Shown here in pieces: positions 9,595 through 17,808 of a stretch of 62,633 nucleotides of DNA (positions are counted from its first letter, which is position 1; each line of letters begins with the position of its first letter). Under the pieces are notes generated by a model. That model did not search any database. It was given only the letters and a program-made list of their open reading frames with translations, and was not told the origin of the DNA. This stretch comes from Dehalococcoidia bacterium (GTDB lineage: Bacteria > Chloroflexota > Dehalococcoidia > Tepidiformales > Tepidiformaceae), in the NCBI GenBank assembly GCA_041910095.1, contig JAYRRO010000297.1, positions 1 to 62,633 of the forward strand. Reading direction: 5' to 3'. Made by a program: the position numbers and the translations under genes.

Positions 9595-10581
9595 CTAGCC
9601 CTCGGAGGGGGCCGTCGCGGCTGCCCGCGCGGCCTTTTCGCGCGCGAGCTGGCGGTCGATGCGGCGCGCCGCCCGTTCTTCGTGTTGCACCCAACCGTAG
9701 GCGATGAAGCCCATGGCGACGAGGAAGAGGAGGTCGCCGCCGACCCACATCGTGATCCCTGCCAGTTCCTGGTCCTTCAGGGGCGAAGGGCCCCACGTCC
9801 GGGCGAGTTCGGCGTAGTGGCGATAGCGCACCGTGCCGGCTTCGTAGATGGCGTTCGCGAGAAACGCGTTCTGGGGCATCTGCATGAAGAGGTACAGCAG
9901 GCGCGTCGGGTGGTTCATGCGCCATGGGCCGGGGTCGGCGTTGAGCACGGGCCACCAGAAGAGCAGCGCCGCACTGAGATACCAGGTGTGCTCCATGCGG
10001 TGCAGCCATGGGTTGTCGAGGGCCGCATTGAACAGCGGCGTGAAATGCGACCACCACATCGTGACGGCGAAGAGAACCCAGGCCAGCACCGGGAACGAGA
10101 GCACCTTGAGCGGGCGGCTATGGAGCATCGGCAGGAGTACGCGCCGGCGCGACCGCAAGGATACCGCGCGCAAGGCGAGCGTGATCGGTGCCCCGAGCAA
10201 CAGGAGCGGCGCCGCCACCATCGTAAGGAGGACGTGCTGCCACATGTGCACGGCGAAGAGGTCGCCGTCGTAGGTCGCGAGCGGTGACATGAGCGCGAGC
10301 GCCATCACGGCCATCCCCAGCGCGAAGTACACCACCCGCCGCCGAGGGAACCGGGACGCGGAATGCATGGCGGCGACGCGGCGGACCCCCGCGTAGTACA
10401 GCCAGGCGATGCCGCCGAATGGGACCAGGAACAGCGGGTCGAACTCCCACGCGGTGAGGAGCGTGGACGGCCCAGGTGCCGGGCTGGCGCCGCCATGGGC
10501 GAACGCGAGACCGGGCACCAGCGCGATGCCCGCGGCGGCCAAAAGTGCGAAAAGGCGGGTATGAACGCGGATTCGCGGCAT
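9595..10581 (-). CDS. ctaG: Cytochrome c oxidase assembly factor CtaG (Bacillus/Caa3_CtaG type membrane protein)
   Basis: Polytopic membrane protein with 'HMWQHVLLTMVAAPLLLLGAP' and 'WVGGDLLFLV' motifs typical of Caa3_CtaG. It is divergent from the oxidase operon. ATG 10581 is preferred because a GACACT hexamer lies 6 nt upstream. ATG 10629 is the alternative. Confidence 0.8.
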   Translation of the reverse strand: MPRIRVHTRLFALLAAAGIALVPGLAFAHGGASPAPGPSTLLTAWEFDPLFLVPFGGIAWLYYAGVRRVAAMHSASRFPRRRVVYFALGMAVMALALMSPLATYDGDLFAVHMWQHVLLTMVAAPLLLLGAPITLALRAVSLRSRRRVLLPMLHSRPLKVLSFPVLAWVLFAVTMWWSHFTPLFNAALDNPWLHRMEHTWYLSAALLFWWPVLNADPGPWRMNHPTRLLYLFMQMPQNAFLANAIYEAGTVRYRHYAELARTWGPSPLKDQELAGITMWVGGDLLFLVAMGFIAYGWVQHEERAARRIDRQLAREKAARAAATAPSEG

Positions 10582-10663
10582 GGGCTGAGTGTCGCACCGC
10601 GCGGCCGGGACGGCGAGAGCAGCGCGCATGCGAATGAACCGTATGAACGAAATTTGTCGTTTC

Positions 10664-10693
10664 TTGACGCCTTCAGCGGCCCGGGGCTATAAC
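10664..10693 (+). promoter_or_regulatory. Candidate promoter of the coxB-ctaD-ctaE-cupredoxin operon
   Basis: TTGACG (10664-10669), an 18-nt spacer, then TATAAC (10688-10693), in a locally AT-richer divergent intergenic region. Confidence 0.45.
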
Positions 10694-10786
10694 TGCTGTG
10701 CGACGCCGTGCCCAAGAAAGGGGCGGACGGCCACCGTGTGGTAGCCGTTCGGCCATGGCCGGTAGGGAAGCAGGGAAGGGACGCAC

Positions 10787-11605
10787 ATGCGCATCGCCGC
10801 TCGGCGACGGCCCGTCCGGGCCGCTCTGTTCGTTTCGCTCATTACCGCGCTGTCACTCATGGCGACGACCGGCATCGCGCTCGCGGACGCAAGCGGCCAG
10901 CCCAAAGGCATCACCGACGAAGCGAACACGATGCACGACCTCTACCTCCTCGTGCTCGCGCTGGCGGTGGTGGTGTTCGTGGCCGTCGAGGCGGCACTGG
11001 TGTTCACGCTCTTCCGCTACCGCAGGCGCGACGACACGCTGCCGCCCCAGACCCACGGGAACAACCTCCTTGAGGTCATCTGGACGAGCATTCCGATCAT
11101 CATCGTGCTCGTGCTGTTCGTGTTCTCCTTCATCACGCTGGTCGATGTCGAGCACGACCGGGACGACGGGAACCTGACCGTCGAAGTCCAGGGTTTCCAG
11201 TACCAGTGGCAGTTCACCTACAACATGAACGACCTCGGGCGGCGGCCGCAGGGCGCGGCAGCGTTGCCCGAGGGCCAGGTGGTCGTCATCGGCAAGGCCG
11301 GTCAGGAGCCCGAGCTCGTGATCCCCGTCGGTGAACCTGTCGAGTTCGCGCTCAAATCGAACGACGTGATCCATTCGTTCTACGTGCGGGACTTCCTCTA
11401 CAAGCTCGACGTGATCCCCGGGCGCGACAACCGCTTCACGGTTACGGCGAACGAAACCGGGGTGTTCCGGGGGCAATGCGCGGAGCTCTGTGGGCTGGAT
11501 CACGCGCTGATGCGCTTCACGCTGAAGGTGGTCGAGCGGAACGAATTCGACGAGTACCTGCGGCAGGTCGCGGCGGGCGCGAACGCATCGGCGCAGCGGC
11601 CCTAG
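10787..11605 (+). CDS. coxB: Cytochrome c oxidase subunit II (CuA subunit, no fused cytochrome c domain)
   Basis: Two TM helices, then the CuA ligands 'HSFYV' and 'CAELCGLDHALM'. The protein ends shortly after the cupredoxin domain. Confidence 0.93.
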   Translation: MRIAARRRPVRAALFVSLITALSLMATTGIALADASGQPKGITDEANTMHDLYLLVLALAVVVFVAVEAALVFTLFRYRRRDDTLPPQTHGNNLLEVIWTSIPIIIVLVLFVFSFITLVDVEHDRDDGNLTVEVQGFQYQWQFTYNMNDLGRRPQGAAALPEGQVVVIGKAGQEPELVIPVGEPVEFALKSNDVIHSFYVRDFLYKLDVIPGRDNRFTVTANETGVFRGQCAELCGLDHALMRFTLKVVERNEFDEYLRQVAAGANASAQRP

Positions 11606-11684
11606 GGCCGCTGTTTTCACGGGCCGGCGAAGACGCCGGGGCACGAGGAGGACGCCGCGGCGGCGGCGTGAGGAGGAGCAAGCA

Positions 11685-13298
11685 ATGGCGACTATCGCAG
11701 TCCCGCGGCCGGGCGAGTTGCGTCGGCCCGCCATCCTCGAGTGGCTGACGACCGTCGACCACAAGAAGCTGGGCATCCTCTACCTGTATTTCACGATGTT
11801 CTTCTTCGCGGTCGGCGGCATCCTGGCCCTGCTGGTGCGCACTCAGCTGGCGGTGGCGGACAACGACTTCGTCGATAACCACACGTACAACCAGATCTTC
11901 ACGATGCACGCCTCGGCGATGCTCTTCCTGTTCATCATTCCCGTGTGGGCCGCCTTCGGGAACTACGTGGTGCCACTGCAAATCGGCGCGGCCGATATGG
12001 CCTTCCCCCGGATTAACGCGCTCTCGTTCTGGCTGCTGCCGCCGGCGGGCCTGCTGATGTTCTCGGGCTTCCTCGTCGATGGCGGGTCGGCGCAGGCGGG
12101 GTGGACGGCGTACAGCCCCCTGGCCCGCACGCTGGGCACGGGCATGGACCTCTGGATCATCGCGGTGGTGCTGCTGGGCATCTCCTCGACGATCGGCGCG
12201 GCGAACTTCCTGGTGACGATGCTCCGCATGCGGGCGCCGGGCATGACCATGTTCCGGATGCCGATCTTCTGCTGGACGGTGTTCGTGACGGCGCTGCTGC
12301 AGCTGCTCGCGACGCCGGTGCTGGCGTCGGCCCTGGCCATGCTCTACATCGACCGGAATTTCGGCGGCTCCTTCTTCGATCCCAGTGGCGGCGGCAACGC
12401 GGTGCTCTGGCAGAACGTGTTCTGGTTTTATTCGCACCCGGCCGTCTACATCATGATCCTGCCGGGGATGGGGATCGTCTCCGAGGTGCTGCCGGTGTTC
12501 AGCCGCAAGCCCCTCTTCGGGTACAAGGCGTTCGTCTTCGCAACGCTCGGCATCGGAGGACTGGGCTTCAGCGTGTGGGCGCACCACATGTTCACGACGG
12601 GAGCGGTGCTGAAGCCGTTCTTCGGGTTCATGACGTTCATGATTGGCGTGCCCACGGGCGTGAAGATTTTCAACTGGTTGGCGACGCTCTGGCGCGGTTC
12701 GATCACCTTCGAGCCGCCGATGCTGTTCGCACTGGGCTTCGTCAGCATGTTCCTCATCGGGGGCATCAACGGGACGTTCTCGGCGGCGGTGCCGGTGGAC
12801 TTCGCCATCCACGACACGTACTTCGTCGTGGCGCACATCCACTACGTGTTGTTCGGCGGCTCCGTGTTCGCGGTGTTCTCGGGCATGTACTACTGGTTCC
12901 CGAAGATCTTCGGGCGGCGCCTGAACGACACGCTGGGGAACTGGCACTTCGTGCTCATGTTCATCGGTTTCAACCTGGCCTTCTTCCCGATGCATCTGCT
13001 CGGCCTGGATGGCATGCCGCGGCGCATCGCCACCTACAACAACACGGACTGGGAGTTCCTGAACATGCTCTCCACCACCGGGGCGTTCCTCATCGCGGTG
13101 TCGATGATCCCGTTCCTGATGGCGGTCGTGAAGGCGTTCATGAGCCCGGCGGACCAGCCCGCCGACCCCTGGCAGGCCAACACGCTCGAGTGGTACACGA
13201 GTTCGCCCCCGCCGGTGCACAACTTCGATGAACTCCCGGACATCCACTCGGAGCGGCCGCTGTTCGACCTGCGGCACGGGACCCCGAGCGGGCACTGA
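11685..13298 (+). CDS. ctaD: Cytochrome c oxidase subunit I (heme-copper oxidase catalytic subunit)
   Basis: 'WFYSHPAVYIMILPGMG', 'WAHHMFTTG' and 'VAHIHYVLFGG'. A GAGGAGGAG Shine-Dalgarno lies upstream. Confidence 0.97.
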   Translation: MATIAVPRPGELRRPAILEWLTTVDHKKLGILYLYFTMFFFAVGGILALLVRTQLAVADNDFVDNHTYNQIFTMHASAMLFLFIIPVWAAFGNYVVPLQIGAADMAFPRINALSFWLLPPAGLLMFSGFLVDGGSAQAGWTAYSPLARTLGTGMDLWIIAVVLLGISSTIGAANFLVTMLRMRAPGMTMFRMPIFCWTVFVTALLQLLATPVLASALAMLYIDRNFGGSFFDPSGGGNAVLWQNVFWFYSHPAVYIMILPGMGIVSEVLPVFSRKPLFGYKAFVFATLGIGGLGFSVWAHHMFTTGAVLKPFFGFMTFMIGVPTGVKIFNWLATLWRGSITFEPPMLFALGFVSMFLIGGINGTFSAAVPVDFAIHDTYFVVAHIHYVLFGGSVFAVFSGMYYWFPKIFGRRLNDTLGNWHFVLMFIGFNLAFFPMHLLGLDGMPRRIATYNNTDWEFLNMLSTTGAFLIAVSMIPFLMAVVKAFMSPADQPADPWQANTLEWYTSSPPPVHNFDELPDIHSERPLFDLRHGTPSGH

Positions 13299-13313
13299 CG
13301 ACACAACGGCGCG

Positions 13314-13347
13314 CCGGCCGGGCCACCCGTGTGGTGCGCCCGGCCGG
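13314..13347 (+). other. Intercistronic stem-loop between ctaD and ctaE
   Basis: CCGGCCGGGC/GCCCGGCCGG (10 bp) extends by CACC/GGTG around a 5-nt loop, with one bulge. No U-tract follows. Confidence 0.35.
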
Positions 13348-13383
13348 TGAGCCGGATCGAATAGAGACGAAGGAATCAGCGTA

Positions 13384-13995
13384 ATGGCGGCGTATGGCGT
13401 GGCGGTCCCTCACAAGAAGCAGCTGAGCAACGGCATGCTCGGCTTCATCCTCTTCCTGGCGTCGGAGGTGATGTTCTTCGGCGGGCTGTTCGCCGCGTAC
13501 TTCATCGCGCGGGCGGACGCGCCCGAGTGGCCGCCGGAGAGCCTGCTCACGGCCGAGCAGGTGGCCCGCGGCGTCGAGTTGCACCTTGAGTTTCCGCTCA
13601 CGTTCATCGCCACGATCCTGCTGATCCTGAGCTCGGTGACGATCCAGTTCGGGGTGATGCAGATCGCGAAGGGGAACCGCTCGGGGATGGTCTGGTGGTT
13701 CTTCGCCTCCATTGTCCTCGGCGTCGTCTTCCTCGCGATGCAGATGTACGACTACAGCCAGCTGCCGTTCGGGTCGGGGGACACGGTCTACGGGACGACC
13801 TTTTACACGCTGACGGGCTTCCACGGGGCGCACGTGGCCGGGGGCGTGATCTTCATGATGGTGGTGCTGGTGCGCGGTTTAGGGGGGCAATTCTCGTCCG
13901 AACACCACGAAGCGGTGGAAGCCTGCTCGTTCTATTGGCACTTTGTCGATATTGTGTGGATCGCCCTCTTCACGACGCTGTACATCGTCGGCTAA
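13384..13995 (+). CDS. ctaE: Cytochrome c oxidase subunit III
   Basis: 'GFILFLASEVMFFGGLFAAYF', 'FYTLTGFHGAHV' and 'YWHFVDIVWI'. Confidence 0.95.
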   Translation: MAAYGVAVPHKKQLSNGMLGFILFLASEVMFFGGLFAAYFIARADAPEWPPESLLTAEQVARGVELHLEFPLTFIATILLILSSVTIQFGVMQIAKGNRSGMVWWFFASIVLGVVFLAMQMYDYSQLPFGSGDTVYGTTFYTLTGFHGAHVAGGVIFMMVVLVRGLGGQFSSEHHEAVEACSFYWHFVDIVWIALFTTLYIVG

Positions 13996-14028
13996 GGGGA
14001 CCCGGGACACACAGGAGAGACGCACCGC

Positions 14029-15393
14029 ATGGACTCACAGCACAATGAACATGGCGGCCACGGAGAGGGGGCCGGGGTACACCTGCCCGACCCGAGCGTG
14101 TGGCCGCTGATCGTCGGACTCGCCGCGCTGGTGGTGGGCCTCGCGCTCATCTGGTGGTCGCGCGACCGGAACAACGACTTCTCCGGGCCGATCCTTGGGG
14201 CGGCGGTGGTGTGCGCGCTCGTGGCCGCGGCTGGCTGGGCATACGACGACTCGCGCATGCGGAAGAAGGCGGAGACGGGCCACGGCGGACACGCCGAAGG
14301 GCCGGTGCGCTTCACGCAGGTGCTGACCTTCGCAATCCCGGAAGGCGAACTCGCGGCCGCGCGCGGCGAGGGCGGTGTGATCCAGGCGCTCGAAAAGTCA
14401 GACCTCCGCGACGTGGACGGCTTCCAGGACCTGCGCGTGGTTGTCACCCCGGCGGGTTCGGGCCCGGCGCAGGCGCTCGCCGAGACGACGTGGTCGGCGC
14501 GCGAAGGGCTCGCGGCCTACGACGCCACGCGCCAGACGCTGCTGGACGTCGTGACAGGGCATTCGAGCCAGGTCGTGCCCGGCTCGGTGCAGGTGTTCGA
14601 CATGGAAGTCGTGCGGGACACGAAGGACGTGACCTTCAAGTTCGGCCTTGGCGCCGCTGGTGCGCTCTTCGGGGCGCTGATCGCGGGCGGCTTCATGATT
14701 GGCGCTGGCCTGACGCTGTTCCAGGACGATGCGGTCGTCGTCGCCAACGGCGGCGGCGAAGCCCCTGTTGAGAACCCGTACGCGGTCACCGCGACGGACA
14801 ACAAGTTCGACAAGGCTACGCTGACGGCGCCCCCGGAGACCGAGGTCACCTTCGACTTCACGAACAAGGGCAAGGCGAAGCACAACCTCAGCTTCTACCA
14901 GGCGGCCGGCGGCGCGGTGATCAAGGAAGGCGGCATCATCGACGGCGGCGCCACCGAAAAGGTGACCTTTAAGACGCCGGCGGCGGGCACGTACTACTTC
15001 CAGTGCGACCTCCACCCGACGGAGATGAAGGGCACGTTCGAAGTGAAGGCCGGCGCGGCGGCGCCCGGTGCGGCCGCAGGCGGCGGGGGAGGCGAAGGCG
15101 CGGGCGGGGTCACCGTCACCGGAACCGACAATAAGTTCGACAAGACGAGCCTGACAGCGTCCGCGGGCAAGGAGTTCGCCGTCACCTTCGCCAACAAGGG
15201 CAAAGTCAAGCACAACCTGTCGTTCTACGACAAGCAGAACGGCTCCATCCTCGTGCCCGGTAAGTCCGAGGGCGCGATCATCGACGGCGGGAAGTCGGAG
15301 ACGCTGAAGTTCACGCCGGCCGCGGCGGGCAAGTTCTGGTTCCAGTGTGACCTCCATCCGACGGAGATGAAGGGCGAGCTCGTCGTCAGCTAG
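14029..15393 (+). CDS. Fusion protein: N-terminal two-TM module in the subunit-IV position, an ABM-like alpha+beta domain, a third TM, and two tandem type-1 copper (cupredoxin) domains
   Basis: It is the last gene of the oxidase operon, with an AGGAGAG Shine-Dalgarno. The two cupredoxin repeats (aa 251-340 and 361-454) each carry 'KHNLSF' and 'FQCDLHPTEMKG', giving His, Cys, His and Met ligands. HGGH motifs flank the first TM pair. Confidence 0.8.
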   Translation: MDSQHNEHGGHGEGAGVHLPDPSVWPLIVGLAALVVGLALIWWSRDRNNDFSGPILGAAVVCALVAAAGWAYDDSRMRKKAETGHGGHAEGPVRFTQVLTFAIPEGELAAARGEGGVIQALEKSDLRDVDGFQDLRVVVTPAGSGPAQALAETTWSAREGLAAYDATRQTLLDVVTGHSSQVVPGSVQVFDMEVVRDTKDVTFKFGLGAAGALFGALIAGGFMIGAGLTLFQDDAVVVANGGGEAPVENPYAVTATDNKFDKATLTAPPETEVTFDFTNKGKAKHNLSFYQAAGGAVIKEGGIIDGGATEKVTFKTPAAGTYYFQCDLHPTEMKGTFEVKAGAAAPGAAAGGGGGEGAGGVTVTGTDNKFDKTSLTASAGKEFAVTFANKGKVKHNLSFYDKQNGSILVPGKSEGAIIDGGKSETLKFTPAAAGKFWFQCDLHPTEMKGELVVS

Positions 15394-15419
15394 CCGGCGT
15401 CCGTTCCCGGGACTCTCAA

Positions 15420-15448
15420 GGAGCCGCGCGATGCGCGGCTCCTTTTTT
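15420..15448 (+). terminator. Rho-independent terminator of the oxidase operon
   Basis: GGAGCCGCGC-gat-GCGCGGCTCC (10-bp perfect stem) followed by TTTTTT. Confidence 0.85.
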
Positions 15449-15486
15449 GTGCGCGGGGGTAGCACGAATGCGCCCAACGCATCAGG

Positions 15487-16410
15487 ATGGCGCCACCAGA
15501 TCCCGGGAGGCAGCGGGTGCACAGCGAGACCATCATCGACGAGGGCACAGGCCGGAAGTTCACTCTGGATGCCCCTTCGGACATCCGTCCCGGCGACCCA
15601 CTCGTCTTCCTGCTCAGCCTGCACGGCGGCGGGTCCGTCGGGGCCTGGCAACGGCTCTATTTCCCGGCGTTCGAGTATGCCGACCGGTACCGGCTGATCA
15701 TCGCGACGCCGTCGGCGGCGACGAAGGAGCCTTCGCGCCGCTGGGTGGCGGAGGCCGACGACGACCACCTGCGGAACGTGGTCGAGTACGTCGTCTCGCG
15801 CTTCGGGCGGGAGAACATCGTGTCGTTCTGGCTCGTGGGCCATTCACAGGGCGGGATGACCTCGAATCGGCTCCTTCAGCAGCCCTACTGGCAGGAACGC
15901 GTCGATGGCTGGCTGAGCCTCTCTGGCGGGCGCATCGGGCCGATTGAGTTGCCCGCGTCGTTCTTCGCGCCGGTGCGGAACGTCGCTCAGCCGCCAGCGG
16001 CGGGAAGCGGCCCGCGGCCCGGGCGGGCGGCGATGGTGGACTGCGACATCTCGTTCATCTTCGCGACGGGCGAGCACGAGATGGTGTCGTTGCCGGCGAC
16101 TTCGCCCTGGGCGGAGAAGTACGGTGCCGGGGCGCGCGTCCAACAGCCGGACATCATCGACGAGCAGCCCGGGCAGATCCATGACACGTCGCGCGAGGGG
16201 CGATCAACGCCGGCCTGGGGGCTTTCGCCGCGGCCGGGCACGGCGCGCCTGTGGCTCTACCCGGGTGCGCGCGACGGCCGCGTCATCGCCGACGTGGTGC
16301 GGCTCGATAAAGGCCACACGGAGGGCATCGAGCCGCGTGTTACGGAGAAGCTCATCGAACTGGTGGTGTCGGCCCCGGGCGGGAAACTTCGAGGGCTCCC
16401 GGGCGAGTAG
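15487..16410 (+). CDS. Alpha/beta hydrolase (esterase / PHB-depolymerase-like)
   Basis: 'LHGGG' and the nucleophile elbow 'GHSQGG'. GTG 15517 has a GGGAGG Shine-Dalgarno and is an alternative start. Confidence 0.65.
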   Translation: MAPPDPGRQRVHSETIIDEGTGRKFTLDAPSDIRPGDPLVFLLSLHGGGSVGAWQRLYFPAFEYADRYRLIIATPSAATKEPSRRWVAEADDDHLRNVVEYVVSRFGRENIVSFWLVGHSQGGMTSNRLLQQPYWQERVDGWLSLSGGRIGPIELPASFFAPVRNVAQPPAAGSGPRPGRAAMVDCDISFIFATGEHEMVSLPATSPWAEKYGAGARVQQPDIIDEQPGQIHDTSREGRSTPAWGLSPRPGTARLWLYPGARDGRVIADVVRLDKGHTEGIEPRVTEKLIELVVSAPGGKLRGLPGE

Positions 16411-16458
16411 CGACGGCCAGCGGCGGAGCGGACAGCCCGCCGTCCGGGCGCGAAGCCA

Positions 16459-16483
16459 AACGGCGCGAATGATTCGCGCCGTT
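16459..16483. terminator. Bidirectional hairpin between convergent genes
   Basis: AACGGCGCGA-atgat-TCGCGCCGTT, a 10-bp perfect stem between the stops at 16410 (+) and 16516 (-). Confidence 0.45.
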
Positions 16484-16515
16484 CGAAGGTGTGCGATGCA
16501 CGGGATGGCCCGTGG

Positions 16516-17808
16516 TTACTCGAAGGCACCGTCCGCGAGGAGGTCGATGAACTCCTCCTCCGAGAGCCCCACGATTTCGCGGTAGACGCGCTCGTTGTCT
16601 TCGCCCAGGCAGGGCGCGGGCTTCGACGGGCCGCCAGGGGTCTTCGAGAGCCGGAAGGATGGGCCGTCGTACGAACGGTGACCCATGACGGGGTGGTCGA
16701 GGAAGTGGTAGTGGCCCCGGTGGGTTAGCTGCGGGTCCTTCCGCAGGTCCGAAGGCTTCTGGACGATGCCGCAGGGCACGCCAAACGACTGGAAGTGCAG
16801 CACGAGCTCGTCCGTGGTGAAGCGCCGGATGGGGGGCGCATCGGAGCCTTCGGGAGCTTCGTCGGGCGGCGGGCGGAGCGGGTCCAGGGTGTAGTCGTCG
16901 AGCCAGAACTGGAGATGGCGGTCGATCTCCTTCTGCTCGTTATGACGCGTCCAGCGTCGGCGCATGCGCTCCAGGTCGCACCATTCGGGGCGCCCGAGGG
17001 CCGCCTTGAGCGCCTCCCAGTGCTTCTCGGTTTCGCATGCGATGACGACGTAGCGGCCGTCCTGCGCGCGGTAGCAGTTGTGGGGCGCGGCCTCGAGGTC
17101 GTGATTGCCCATGCGCGTCTGGTTGTGGCCGTTCACGGTCCAATCGAGGATGGCGGTCCCGAGGCCGTGGACAGCGGCTTCGAACTGGCTGAAGTCGATG
17201 TACTGGCCCTTGCCCGTGCGGCGGCGGTAATCGAGCGCGGCGATGAGGCCGATGGCGGCGAAGTGCGGCACGAGGAAGTCGGTGTAGGCGATGCCGGTGC
17301 CGATGGGCGGGTCCTCGGGCCAGCCGGTGAGGTGATTGATGCCGGAGGCGGCCTGGAGGACGTGGCCATAGCCCATGTAGGGCCCCCACGGGCCGGTCTG
17401 TCCGTAGAGCGGCATGGAGATCATCACCAGGTCTTCGCGGCCCTTGCTGAGCGTGGCGTAATCGAGCCCGTAGCGCGCCATGATGCCGGGCGTGTACGAC
17501 TCGGTGACGACGTCGCACTTCTCCACCAGGCGGCGGGCGATTTCGGGCCCGCGCGGGTGCTTGAGGTTCACGGTCACGCCGTACTTCGAGCTGTTGAAGT
17601 TGGCGTAGTACCCGGAGTTGTCGATGCCGGGGATGCCGTTCACGAAGGGTCCGACGCGCCGTAGCGTCTCCGGGTAGGTCGAGGACTCGATGCGGATGAC
17701 TTCGGCGCCGTGGTCGGCCAGGTACTTCGACACGAGCGGGCCGACGCCCACCCAGGCGAAGTCGGCGACGCGGAGACCGGCGAACGGCTTCTTCAGTGCT
17801 TCGGACAT
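16516..17808 (-). CDS. Family III CoA-transferase (CaiB/BaiF family)
   Basis: 'GLRVADFAWVGVGPLVSKYLADHGAEVIRIE' is the family III N-terminal signature. Its ATG overlaps the upstream gene's TGA (ATGA). Confidence 0.85.
   Translation of the reverse strand: MSEALKKPFAGLRVADFAWVGVGPLVSKYLADHGAEVIRIESSTYPETLRRVGPFVNGIPGIDNSGYYANFNSSKYGVTVNLKHPRGPEIARRLVEKCDVVTESYTPGIMARYGLDYATLSKGREDLVMISMPLYGQTGPWGPYMGYGHVLQAASGINHLTGWPEDPPIGTGIAYTDFLVPHFAAIGLIAALDYRRRTGKGQYIDFSQFEAAVHGLGTAILDWTVNGHNQTRMGNHDLEAAPHNCYRAQDGRYVVIACETEKHWEALKAALGRPEWCDLERMRRRWTRHNEQKEIDRHLQFWLDDYTLDPLRPPPDEAPEGSDAPPIRRFTTDELVLHFQSFGVPCGIVQKPSDLRKDPQLTHRGHYHFLDHPVMGHRSYDGPSFRLSKTPGGPSKPAPCLGEDNERVYREIVGLSEEEFIDLLADGAFE

Noticed and set aside
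11517-13304. 595-aa ORF antisense to ctaD
   Set aside because: It is a shadow ORF. ctaD on the plus strand has all heme-copper oxidase signatures.
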